From NCBI RefSeq assembly GCF_009914755.1, contig NC_060945.1: DNA of 64,000 nt; one strand, 5' to 3'. Both the position numbers and the translations under genes were made by a program. Positions 28,301-42,039 of the stretch are shown here, in pieces; positions within the stretch are counted from its first letter, which is position 1; each line of letters starts with the position of its first letter. The notes under the pieces were generated by a model. The model was not told the DNA's origin. It made no database searches and worked only from the letters and a program-made list of their open reading frames with translations. Origin of the DNA: the human T2T-CHM13v2.0 reference genome, Homo sapiens.

Positions 28301-29721
28301 GGGGCTGGGACAGGATGTGGTGCCCTTTGTGCCCAGGAGGAGAAGCACCCAGTGGGGCGGGGTGGGGCGAGGACTTTATAAAGGCGTCATTTGCTGCGGC
28401 CACCCAGGTTGGAACACAGGGACCACAGGGCCCCCCGCCTTCTGCAGGACCACCCCGCTCATCTGAGGGAGACACTGTAGAAACACATCTTTGAGCAGTG
28501 GCTTCTAATCCAAGAAACCCAATAGAAGTCAAACGCAGATTCCTAGGGCCCAACCCGGACCCACTGCGTGGGAATCCCTCAGCCGGGGCCAGAAGCACGC
28601 TTTGAAGACACCAACCTCCTCAGCAAGCCTCTTGCAAACCACATCCTGCTTCTCCAGAAGCTGCAGATCCAGAATGTTCAAAGAAAGAGCCCTCCTTGCC
28701 TTCCTCTTCTTCCACCCCTGCCCTCTGCAGACTGGGGTTCTGTAGACCCCCAAAGTAAGTCCGCCACACCGGAAGGAAGTGAGTTACACAGGGGCCCACA
28801 TGGGAACCGCTTTTTGTCCTGTCTTGGTGGGAAAATGGCCACGACCCCAGCCCAGGCTCTGCCACGCCACAACTCCACGGGCATAGCCTGGGAGGCCGCA
28901 GCGTGAACTGTGACTAGGGCTGAGGATGGTGCCATGGTAGAAGTGAGGGCCTGGCACCCGGCCAAGTGCAGGACTCCTCGGCAGTGGGGTTGGGAGAAGC
29001 AGCCTCTGCAGGCGAGGCCAGGAACCAGGACACAGGAGGAGAAGCACATCTCAGAGGAGGGAGCTCTGGGAGGAGCCAGCAGAGTCCTGCAAAGGAGGAT
29101 GTGGGGGAAATGGGGTGAGGCCAAAGTGGGGGCTGCTGAAGGGGCTACTGCACCCGTGCGAGCAGGGCCAGGACCAAGCTGCATAGGCAGCCAGGGACAC
29201 AGCCGATGCCACAGACGTCAGGAACCACGCAATGACACAGGCCACCTTTGACCGACCGTTACCCCTGGGGCAAATACCAGTGGGGATAACGGGCAAGGAG
29301 AGGTGCTGTTTACTGTCTTATTGTTGCCAGTTCAGCAGCCCACAGGAAATGGTGTTAGTCACAGAAAAAAAAAATCTGTTTTCTATATTTCACTGTTTCC
29401 AAGTAAAGAAAAAAGAAAACTAATCTTAGCTTAAAAAAAAAAAAAATGGTGCGCTGGGCACCGAAAAATAACCATCTTCCTAGGCCTGCGTTTCCCCCAC
29501 ACCGGGGACTTGTGCTGGAAAGAAAAGCTGCGTTGGCAGCCAGGAGCCGGGGAAACTGTCCAGGGAGGCATCCTCTGCGATGAAGGCGGGGCCTCGGCGT
29601 GGCCCGTTCCGCGCTCTGTCCAGCCCTGGAGAAGCCCCACCCTCACCGAGCTCGAAATACCCCCTCCCTGAGAGCCGAGACTCATGGCCGGGACCCCTTG
29701 GACAGAAGATGCGGATGCTAA

Positions 29722-30437
<716 letters not shown>

Positions 30438-30641
30438 TGAACACGACAATGACATTTTTCACCACCCGTATGCATCAACCAAATGAAAAGATGAGCCTGT
30501 GACATTCCCGTGCGTAGAGTTACAGCTTTTCTTTTCAAAACGAACCTTCAGTTTGGAGCCGAAGCGGAAGCACGTGGCGTCTGACGTCTCCAGGGAGACC
30601 CGCCGCCCTCGCTGCCGCCTCACCGCGCTTCTGTTTTGCAG

Positions 30642-30712
30642 GTAATCTTCAGCAAGTACTGCAACTCCAGCGACATCATGGACCTGTTCTGCATCGCCAC
30701 CGGCCTGCCTCG
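30642..30712 (+). CDS. PDE9A: PDE9A coding exon 2 (71 nt, phase 0 to 2): [23 protein letters not shown](R)
   Basis: Acceptor cttctgttttgcag|GTAATC with a ctcac branch-like motif about 20 nt upstream; donor CTCG|gtgagt; translation matches PDE9A. Confidence 0.97.
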
Positions 30713-30966
30713 GTGAGTGCGCGCTGCGGGCTCTGCCCGGTGACGCCACGCGGCCTCCTCGCCTTTTCGGGATGGCTGGGAGGGGCGGGAAGAGGCGCTG
30801 AAGGGCCCGAGGCACCGGCCTTCTACAAGGGGCTCTTCGAAATCAATCAATGCGCAGAATCCCGAGGGAGGCTCAGCCGCCCTCCGGGCCTCTCTGCCTC
30901 CACAGGTGATGGCTGTGTCCACAAGGAGGAAACCGTCGGGCTGAATTAAACAGAACCGCCCTCCTA

Positions 30967-31314
<348 letters not shown>

Positions 31315-32366
31315 TCATTCACTTTTGGAGAAAGCGGGGTGGTTGTGTGTGTTTGGTCCCCAGCCCCACATCACCCCATAGGTGCCTTTTCTACCCAGGG
31401 GGCTTGACCCAGATCAACACTGGGCGAAAGGCTGACTTCAGAAATGGGTTGAAAAGACCAGTGATCTGCCTTATCGAGTCCTCAGAGTCCCACAGGAGTT
31501 AATGTCCTAAATCAACAGTGTGTTCGAGCCAGTGAATTTTCTAATTATCAGCAAACTTTCCAAATGTAAAGGGTGAGCAGGAGTAGCTTTGGCTCAAGGA
31601 TTAACTTTAAAGTTAGGACGGAGGTGGAGAAGGGCAATTGAAGTTTCTCACAGACAGGTGAGAAAAGGGAGATGAAAGTACACGTCTGAAAGTGCAGCAA
31701 ATGGCAGTTTTAGCCGCAAAAATAGCCCATGGTCTGGGGCATCTTTGGGCACCATATATGAAGCAATGTGCCAATAAATAAATATATATACACAGTATTC
31801 CGTATAGCAGCCCTGGGATTTGAGTATCACCTCTATTTCACAGATTTTAACAATTTACAACTGAAGATCAGAGATTAACTTGGTCGAGGTAACACATCTT
31901 GCAAGAGGCCCCAAAACATGTGAGGTTGGAGGAAGACTCATCCTAAGCATTTAAAACTATTTTGTAGGAGAGACTTGCGCAGTTCAGACGGACTCCCAAA
32001 GGCACTGGAAGCGGAAAGACAAACTATGAGTTCGTCATCTGCTGATATAAATGTTAGTTCCTATTTTACCACAGTTTTTTAAAAAAAATCTCCCAACTCA
32101 ATAAAGTAGACTTGCTCCAATTCCCATTTTAAAGTATTTCAGCATCTACACGCACTTAGGATTATACGCAGCTGTTTAATTTCATTTACAATCGGAGTCT
32201 CAATGCCCTGGGGACGGCCTCCCACCCTTCCCATCCCACCACACCTTGGTCAGGCTGGTCCTGGGACTGTCCTGGTTGTCTCAGGGCTCTGGCCCCATGA
32301 GTACATTCAAGTGTACATCCCAGAGCACGCTATGGGCGAAAACACGGGCTTGGGTGTGTTTTCCAG

Positions 32367-32444
32367 GAACACGACCATCTCCCTGCTGACCACCGACGAC
32401 GCCATGGTCTCCATCGACCCCACCATGCCCGCGAATTCAGAACG
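32367..32444 (+). CDS. PDE9A: PDE9A coding exon 3 (78 nt, phase 2 to 2): (R)[25 protein letters not shown](R)
   Basis: Acceptor gtgttttccag|GAAC; donor AACG|gtaaga; in frame with exon 2; peptide is at the end of ORF 32203..32448. Confidence 0.97.
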
Positions 32445-33327
32445 GTAAGAGGCTCCGGCCGCGCTCCTCGGGGTGTGCCTGGCACTTCTCTCCATGACAT
32501 GGGAGGCTTTCTGTGATTTTGTAAATGTGCTACTGCAGAAAGGTGTGAATTGACAGCAGAGATGGAGAGCGAGGGTAGGAGCCAGTGTGAAGGAAGCTTG
32601 ACTCGTCGTGTTCCCCTGCAGAGGAGCTGGGCACGTTCCAAGATAACAATTGCAGCCGTGGCTCTGCACCTGCTTCTCAACGGGAGGAGGCATTGTACAG
32701 AGGGGAAACTGAGGCCCAGGAGGGTGAGCCAAGAGCTGCAGAGCCAGGCCCCGGGATCCCCACATTAACCCCAGGAAGGACCTCGGGAGATTCCCTACAG
32801 AGCCCCTGGGGACATTTCGTGTTTACCCACTTAGGGCCGGTCTCTGTGTTCATAAAGTGATGCCTGTGGGAGATTCTAAGCACAGAAGGGCCAGGGACAA
32901 GGGAGGCCCAGGAAGTCAAGAGGAGAGGCCGGTGAAAGCCTCCGTGAATGTCTGTGAACTAGGTCAAGCCAGCGGTGTATGGCCCAGGAAGGACGCGGAG
33001 CAGGGGCCCTCAGGTCAGTGACCTGCCCCTGTTCCTGGTGACCTGGGGAGACCCCAGCAGCCTCCACTGCTCTTTGTGGTTGGGCAAAGTGGAACTTAGA
33101 TTTCCTCATGAGGCGAGGGAGCAGGTGAGCTGGGGGCGGGGCGTGCGACCTCAGGACCCCTCTCTGGCGTCCTCTGTTCCTCCCAGAGTGGGGCTCACTG
33201 TGCCTCCAAGGGACTCAGTAGATGCGATGGTACACTTGTCAATCTGGTCATCAGGGTGTCCTGCCCAACTGACCCATGGCCAGCTCTGAGCCCACAGGAG
33301 AAAGTGCATGTCAGGCAGACCCTTGTG

Positions 33328-33668
33328 TCAGTGAGGTCCCAGTGGGCGTGGCCAGCACCGTCCCCCTCAGTGAGGCCCCCCAGTGGACGTGGCCAGTGCT
33401 GCCTCCCTCAGTGAGGTCTCAGTGGACATGGCCAGAGCCGTCCCCCTCAGTGAGCGCTCAGTAGACATGGCCAGTGCCGTCCTCAGCGAGGTCCCCGTGG
33501 GTGTGGCCAGCGCCATCCCCCTCAGCGAGGTCCTCGTGGGTGTGGCCAGCACCATCCCACTCAGCGAGGTCCCAGTGGACATGGCCAGCGCCGCCCCCCT
33601 CAGTGAGGCTTCAGTGGGCATGGCCAGTGCCGTCCCCCTCAGCGAGGTCCCAGTGGACGTGTCCAGAG
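33328..33668. repeat. Minisatellite, 39-bp unit, ~9 copies
   Basis: tcagtgaggtcccagtggacatggccagcgccgtcccc-type units start at 33328, 33367, 33408, 33447, 33483, 33522, 33561, 33600, 33639. Confidence 0.92.
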
Positions 33669-34319
33669 CTGTCCTGGTCAGCCGTCCTCCCTGTCACCTT
33701 GAGGCCTCAGCCGAGCTCCTCTCATCTGGCTGTGCCCGTCAGTCTCCCCTCCTGCCCTAGCCAGGATGCCCGTCTCCTGCCCCACACAGTCTGGCTCTGA
33801 CTCTTGGCTTCCAGACTCCCCGGAAGGTGCAGTGCTAATTGGCTCCCCAGAGACTCCAGTAAGCATCTTGTCAGCCTCAGCACCAGCTCCAGCCTGGGGG
33901 GTCTCGCTCAGAAGCAAAGTCACTGAGTGACCTGTCCTCCTGACACCCACAAGACTAAAATGATCTCTCAGAGGGGACCTCACAGAAACCAGCACCTTGT
34001 CCATGCCAGCTGGGTATCTGAGAGAAACTGCTTTGTTTTCCTGAAGTCATTTGAAACAGCGTGCAGAGACATTTAAACTCGGCGGGAAATAGGAGAAGCC
34101 CACCTTGACCCTTCTAATTCTCTGGCCCCAGGTGCCTTATTAACAAGAGACAGTATCAGACACACCAGACAAAAGCCCTCCTGAGCCCAAAGAGCCCAAA
34201 TGTCTGGAAGCTCTCTGCTGAGATGCCAAAATGCATGCCTTTCTGATAAAGAGACAGAGACAGATGAGGTACCATGATATGGACATGGCAGTGGACGTGG
34301 ACAGGGGAGCAGTGGAGAT

Positions 34320-34795
34320 GGAGAAGATGGAGACACACGCAGTTGAGGATACAGGCGAAGAAGATGGAGACACACGCGGATGAGGATACAGGCGAAGAAG
34401 ATGGAGACACACGCGGATGAGGATACAGGTGAAGAAGATGGAGACACACGCGGATGAGGATACAGGTGAAGAAGGTGGAGACAGACGCGGATGAGGATAC
34501 AGATGGAGAAGATGGAGGTAGACGCGGGTGAGGATACAGGTGGAGAAGATGGAGGTAGACGCGGGTGAGGATACAGGTGGAGAAGATGGAGGTAGACGCG
34601 GGTGAGGATACAGGTGGAGAAGATGGAGGTAGACGCGGATGAGGATACAGGTGGAGAAGATGGAGGTAGACGCGGATGAGGATACAGGTGGAGAAGATGG
34701 AGGTAGACGCGGATGAGGATACAGGTGGAGAAGATGGGGTTAGACGCGGATGAGGACACAGGTGGAGAAGAGGAAGTTAGACGCGGATGAGGATA
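34320..34795. repeat. Minisatellite, 37-bp purine-rich unit, ~13 copies
   Basis: ggagaagatggaggtagacgcggatgaggatacaggt repeated. Confidence 0.95.
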
Positions 34796-35399
34796 TAGAT
34801 AGATGCATAGGGTGTGGATCTAACCGGGTACGGGTGATGTGGAAACGGATCTAGACAGCGATGTGGAAACGGATCTAGACAGCGATGTGGATGTGATCTA
34901 GATAATGTGGCTCTGGACGTAGAAAGAGCTTCAGATGCTCTATCTATGATCGTGGGTGTGGATATAGGCATAGACATGGTGAAGAGGAGAGAATAGACTC
35001 TCCTCTCTCATGACAAACTGATCGTGGCTGGGGGCGGCACGTGCTGAGATGTGGCTGTATTTGTCCCCCAGGCTGGTGCCTGCGCCTCCTGCACCCCCGT
35101 CTCCTTTGTGCCTTCTTCCATTCCCTCTGCCACTGTTAGGTCCAGGCCTCACTGAGCTCTGACCTCCCTGCCTCCAGCCTGCCTCTCCCACACGGCTGCC
35201 AGGTTCAACCTGGTAAGACACCTTCTTCTCCATGGTGGCCTCCCAATCTGGGCCCTGCCAACTTATGCCTCACCAACTTCTCCAACTTACCCCTGTACCC
35301 ACGCCCGCACCATGCCCAGCCCACAGGATCCTGCCTTCCCAGCTCTGCAGAACCAGCTTCTGCTTATCCGCTAGGTGCCAGCCCAGCCACCTGCCTTAA

Positions 35400-36490
35400 G
35401 CACCATCCGCAGTCACCCAGCCCATCACCATCACTAGCAAAGTCACCCAGACCCATCACCATCACCATCCAGAGTCACCCAGCCCTTCACTATCACCATC
35501 CAAAGTCACCAGCCCCATCACCATCACCATCCAGAGTCACCAGCCCCATCACCATCACCATTCAAAGTCACCCACCCCGATACCATCACCATCCAAAGTC
35601 ACCCAGACCTATCACCATCATCATCCAGAGTCACCAGCCCCTTCACCATCACCATCCAAAGTCACCAGCCCCTTTACCATCACCATCCAGAGTCACCCAG
35701 TCCCATCGCCATCACCATCCAGATTCACCCAGACCCATCACCATCTCCATCTAAAGTCACCCAGACCCATCACCATCACTATCCAAAGTCACGCATCCTG
35801 TCACTATCACCATCCAAAGTCACCAAGCCCCTTCACCATCACCATCCAAAGTCACCCAGTCCTATCACCATCACCATCCTAAGTTACCAGCCTTTCACCA
35901 TCACCATCAAAGTCACCAGCCCCATCATCGTCACCATCCTATCCAAAGTCATCCAGTACCACCACCATCCAAAATCACCCAGACACATCACCATCACCAT
36001 CCAAAGCCACCTAGCCCATCACCATCACTATCCAAAGTCATCTAGCACCATCACCATCCAAAGTCACCCAGACACATCACCATCACCATCCAAAGTTACC
36101 AGCCCCATCACCATCATCATCCAGAGTCACCCAGATCCATCACCATCACCATCCAAAGTCACTCAGCCCATCACCATCACTATCCAAAGTCACCAGCCTC
36201 TTCACCATCACTATCACCAGGCCCTTCACCATCATCCGAAGTCACCCAGACCCATGACCATCACCATCCAAAGTCTTCCAGACCCATCATCATCACCATT
36301 TGAGGTCACCCAGACCCATCACCATCACCATCCAAAGTCACCCAGCCCATCACCATCACTATCCAAAGTGACCAGCCCCTTTACCATCACTATCCAAAGT
36401 CACCCAGACCCATCACCATCACCACCCAAAGTCACCCAGCCCCTTCACCATCTCCATCCAAAGTCACCCAACCTGTCACCATCAGCACAT
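35400..36490. repeat. Minisatellite, ~31-32-bp unit, roughly 35 degenerate copies
   Basis: catcaccatcaccatccaaagtcacccagacc repeated. Confidence 0.93.
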
Positions 36491-36729
36491 CACTGGCTTC
36501 CTCCCCTCAGTGTGCGCCTCAGTCTGAAGTGATCTCACTTACTTGTTTGAGGTTCTCACTGCTGCTGGCCCCGCTGGACGGTCTTCTCTCATAGGAAGGA
36601 AATTTCACCTTGCTCTCTGCTGGATTTCCAGCCCCTAAACGAGGCGGGGCATGCTGGGTGCAGGATGGAATGAGTTGGGGACGGAGTGAACCAGTCCAGC
36701 TCGTGCGTGCCTCCCCCTCTGCACTGCCC

Positions 36730-36925
36730 AGAGCAGTTTTTTTTTCTGGGGACGCAGGGCAACGTCTGGAGACATTTCTGGATGTCACCAGGGGTAAGGG
36801 CCTGCTACTTGTATCTGATGGGTGGAGACCCGGGATGCCGATGGCATCCTACAGCGCACAGGACAGGCCCACAACAATGACACACGTGGCCGGAGACATC
36901 AGCGGTGCTGAGGCGGAGCACCTGG
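36730..36925. mobile_element. MER20-like hAT-Charlie DNA transposon
   Basis: ggcaacgtctggagacattt...gggtggagacccgggatgc...catcctacagcgcacaggacaggcccacaaca. Confidence 0.75.
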
Positions 36926-37712
36926 TGACTGAGGTCTCCCCTGTGCTCTGTCGCTGTCCTCTCACCCTCCCCCAATCTTCCAACCTAGTAGTTCTCAGAC
37001 AACTGCGTCAGAATCCGCAGGGGGCTTGGTGGAGCACAGAGCTCCCCTCAGTCTCTGGTTTGTGACGGAGGTGGGCCCCGAGAATCTTTCTGCAGCAGAA
37101 AGCCAGGCTTTCTGCAGGTTCCCAGTGAGGAGGACGAGGCTGGCCCGGGACACGCCACTGATGCTCTTCTGACCCAGGGGCTTTTCTCTCCCGCTTCCGT
37201 CCCTCTTCCCTCGCCGGCAGGTGACGTTACTGGCCTTTTCTTTTTTGGCCCTGCCTCCCCCTTGGCTTCTCCCCTCTTCCTCTCCTCCACTCGGTGCCTG
37301 GTGACATGCGGCCATCCTCAGAGATGTGCTTCGGGGCCCGCACGCCTTGCTCCTCGCACTCTTCCTGCACCGGAGCCGCGGTGCGAGGCCTCGGGAATGC
37401 TCACCGTTTCTCTCCCGCCCCCCGGCCGCATGCTGCAGCCATTCCCTCACCACATGTCCAGGAGGGAGCCGGCATCCTTTGCTGACTCTCTTGCTGTGAC
37501 TATGGTGCTGCGTGGAAAAGGGGCCGTGGGAAGGCTGGGCAGGTGGCTGCTCAGAGCCCCACCTGACACGGTGACCCACGGGGCCTGGAAATTCACTGCC
37601 CCGATTTCCACACAGGTGCCTGAGCTCCTGCAGAGAATGCCTGAGAGCGAGACGCATGCCCGTCAATTTGTGCTTTCAGGCGTCCTAAGCACACACGCCT
37701 GCTCTTATTTGA

Positions 37713-38071
<359 letters not shown>

Positions 38072-38074
38072 TAC

Positions 38075-38377
<303 letters not shown>

Positions 38378-38674
38378 CACCCAGGAATCTTTTAAAAGGT
38401 ACCAGTTGATGCCCAGACCCCTCAATTAAGTCCAGATTTTTAAGAGATTTTTTTTTTTTAAAGCTCTGCAAGTGATTCCAGCACACAGTCTGGGGACTAA
38501 CCGCTGATATAAGGTCTGGAAAATCTAAGAAACCACTCTACCCCACCCTCTGGTGACCAGAAGCTTATGTCTACCAGACCCAGGGCCTTCCCTTGCTGAA
38601 ACATGCTGGGTAAACTCTTTGTTTCTTCCTAGCAGACAGCAGCCCTCTCCCTCTAGCTCAGAAGCTACGTCAGC

Positions 38675-38712
38675 AGTTGGTTGGTTGGTTGGTTGGTGGG
38701 TTGGTTGGGTTG
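38675..38712. repeat. (GGTT)n microsatellite
   Basis: gttggttggttggttggttggtgggttggttgggtt. Confidence 0.85.
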
Positions 38713-41220
38713 TGTCTCTCTTTAACTTCCTCCACTTCTGAAGTCACCTGCAGTGACTTGGTGTGGACTTGGTCACCTCACTGTCCCCCCAGCCTCAGGC
38801 CCAGGAACCATGTCTTTGGAGGAGGCTCTCCTGCTGGCAGCTGGTTGCATCTGGCATGCTTGGATTCCTGCAGGTGGCTGGTTGCACCTAGCTTGCTTGG
38901 ATTCTTCCCAGATTCACAGCCATAGGGTGGGCGTTTCATGAAATCTCCAAATTCCAAGGGCTCTTGACAGACCACCTCCATCCTGATCAGAAGGGGTGAT
39001 GCCGGTTGCACGGTCTCTTAGAGCTTAAAACTCTAGCTTCTTCTCTGCTCCTCATTCCAAACTAAACAAATTGTTGCATTGGATTATTCTTTCAAAATAC
39101 TCCTTGCCTTAATGCCATCCTTTAGATTTTGGTGGCTGGCTCCTGGTGTGGACCGCATCTCACAGGTGGACTTCCTGGTTTCTGCCTCCTGTTACCCCTC
39201 ACAGTTATCTCTCCCTTGAGTCCTGCTACCTTCCAGAAAAATAGGCTCCAAACACACTTTCATCCCATCACTCCCAGCATGGAGTTCTCCAGTGGCCTGT
39301 TGGCTACAGGACACTCTCCAGCCCCCCGCATTGGGATGTCTGGCCCCAATCCACCATAATGTACTTGTCTCCAATCTGCTGAGCTGCATGAATGCCCACC
39401 CCAGCCCAGCGGGCACTCCCCTTCTGCAAACCTCCAAGCACATTCCCCCTCTGCACACTGCCAATCTTCCTGTCCCCGCCCCAAATCCAAAGGCCCCTCC
39501 TATGGCTGGGGATCCACTGGCAGCTGCCTAACCCTTCCTATGCTCCTGGACGTTTGGTGCAATCTGGAGCACGCTCAAGCCGGCATTTGAAATAACCTGG
39601 AACACGTTTACATCATGGAAAATATGGAAAATAGGCTGATTGGCTTCCACTCCCTTTTAGAGCTGGCAAGAAAAATAATTGATGACTAAACAACCTAACG
39701 ACCAACAAATATAAAAAGTCATAGCCCAACCATGATCAAATAAGGCTCCAGCATTCCTCCTTGGAGGGACTCTGAGCCATCTGGTGTCATTTTCCTTTCC
39801 AATCCGGGAACATTCTGGAGATCCTGACATCCAGCTAACATGGGCGTTGCTTCCTGACAACCCTACCCCTTCCATTCCCCAGTCACTACTGCTTCAAGAT
39901 GCAGTGGAAGGAGATAAATCAGACACCTCAGTAGCGTGAGTGAAAGTGGGGTGTGTGGTGAGACACATACAGAGGGGAGAGGGCCAGAGGACGGCGCCGT
40001 GCGACACACACCATTGCTCCTTTTGTTCCCGGTTTCGGCCAAGTTGTGCCGCAGGTGACTCTCCACCGGCTGAGCTCTGTGCATGCAGGGCCAGTATTCT
40101 CGGCCATTCTGGCTTAGAGAAAAGCTTTCTATATTCCAGAATGGCTCCAGGCCTCCTCCTCCTCCTATTAAATGTGTTTTAAAAGAGGTCTTAGAGCCCA
40201 GGCAGTTAGATCTTAGAAAAAGACAAATACAGTAGAAGCTGGAGGCAAGCTTATCCTTTCCAAAGAGGGAGTGCTTCCTGTGTTAATTTGTTATTGAGCA
40301 TGATGAAGATTCAGCTCCATTGAGACTGAGCCAAGAGTTGACTCATTCATGGGAGCAACATAACGGGTTGTGAGAAGCCAAAGGATTAAGCATCTGGGAG
40401 CCAAGACTGATCTTGAGTGGCCCAGAAATGCAACCCAAGGATCTTGGGCCCAAGGGCCAGGAAGGTTTCTGCAGCCTCCTGGAGCATTCACAGAGGCTCC
40501 CTGTCCGTCCACTTTTCCCTCTGTTGCTGATGTGATGGCTCCTGCCCTCAGCTTACCAGACTCCTCGGAGAGGCTGGCCTCTGAATTGGTTGAATGGGCT
40601 TGAAGGGGGCTGGACTCCATTTGGGTGGATGAGCAGGCCCAGTGCCCCTGTATGAGGGGAAGTTGTCTTGGTAAGCCTGTTTTTGTGTCAGGTCCCCAGG
40701 ACACCTTCCTCTGAGTCTCTTGCGTGGGAGAAGTTGCTGGACACGCCTCTCTGGCTCTGTCCCCGCCGGCACTGTGTGGGATCCATGCTGTTCTCCCTCC
40801 AGCCCTTGCCCCACCTCCTGGAGCCCTTCTCTGCGCCTGGTCACTACCCGCCCCCCACCTCCAGCATTAATTTTCTAGGGACAAGGGGCAGGGGAAGGAG
40901 GAGAAGAAAGAGTCCTTGCTGCTCCTCAGAGAAGACACAGGAGAAGAAAGTCGGAGAGGAGTGGGGAGCCAGGGTGGCAAAGCCCCTTCCTGCTGCCCAC
41001 GCAGGTCCTGGCTTTCTCTCCACCCACTGCACCATTTCCAGGGCTGCTCTCATGGTGGGAGCCGGAGAGACACTGAGAAGAGGAAGGAAGGAGGATCCAA
41101 GAGGAGCCCAGCACACCCGGCTTCTCTGCTGCCCACCCTCCACTCTGTCCTCCCAGCCCAGGCCCTTCCTAGGCAACCCTGGCACGGGTCCTCACTGGCC
41201 ACACTGAGGCCATCAGCAAA

Positions 41221-41744
41221 GCACCTGGCCTCTTCACGCCTTGGGCTCTGGGTCTGTAAGGCAGTGAGGCTGAGGTTCCTGGGACAGCTGGGCACTGTGG
41301 ACTTGCCCAGCTGAGCACAGGCATCAGGGGCTAGAGGGGCCCTAGTCCCGATGACGACCGAGTGCCCTCTCCACCTGGGGAGCTTGGAGGACTTTGCTCT
41401 GCACTTAGGGCCACGCTTCAAGCCCAGTGCCTCTTATGACCAAGTCTCTGGGGAGAAATGAGCCCTCCAGTGCCAAATGACCCACCACTAAAAGGCCTTT
41501 TGAGGCAGGGCCTCTCCTGAGCCCACGCAGGCACGTGGTGGGAGATGAGAGGGTGTGGGCTCACTTCTTGACATTCTGTGTGAGTGAGGTCATTCATAGG
41601 GTGAGGGGAGAATCAAGGGGACAGAGGGCCCTCTAGTCCCCAGCACTTGGGCTCAGCTGGCAAGTCCACAGTGCCCGGCTCTCCCGAGAACCTCAGCCTC
41701 ACCGCCCTACAGACAAAGGGCCCAAAGTGCAGGGAGGTCAGTGC
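41221..41744. repeat. Degenerate inverted repeat, outer arms ~125 bp (41221-41349 and 41618-41744)
   Basis: gtctgtaaggcagtgaggctgaggttc...gggcactgtggacttgcccagctgagc is the reverse complement of gctcagctggcaagtccacagtgccc...gaacctcagcctcaccgccctacagac. Confidence 0.9.
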
Positions 41745-41900
41745 CACACAGGTTTTATTTTTTCACATTATTGGTGTTTAAAATTGTAAAGATTTTCCAC
41801 GTTACCTGTAACCATCAAACCACATGTATTGCCCCCAGTTAATCACCATGAACAGCTTGGTGTGTATACCCCTCCATATTCACTGTGTTTCTTCTTCCAG

Positions 41901-41976
41901 GAATGAGCTCATTCTCTATACATCACTCCGTAACTTGTTGTTTTTACCTAGTAAGGAGTCATGGGCGTCCCACCAG
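41901..41976 (+). CDS. PDE9A: PDE9A alternative cassette exon (76 nt): (R)NELILYTSLRNLLFLPSKESWASHQ
   Basis: Strong acceptor tgtttcttcttccag|GAAT; donor CCAG|gtgaat; open in frame after exon 3. I recall this peptide in a minor PDE9A isoform (from memory, not checked). Confidence 0.7.
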
Positions 41977-42039
41977 GTGAATACTTGCATGTTTGTCTTC
42001 ATCTTCTTAACAACTACCTGACACTGCAGTGTCTCAGTC

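Noticed and set aside
33383-33760. ORF with a 13-aa repeat (SEVPVDMASAVPL)
   Set aside because: A consequence of a 39-bp unit being a multiple of 3; a 41-bp unit breaks the frame and no exon boundaries are evident.
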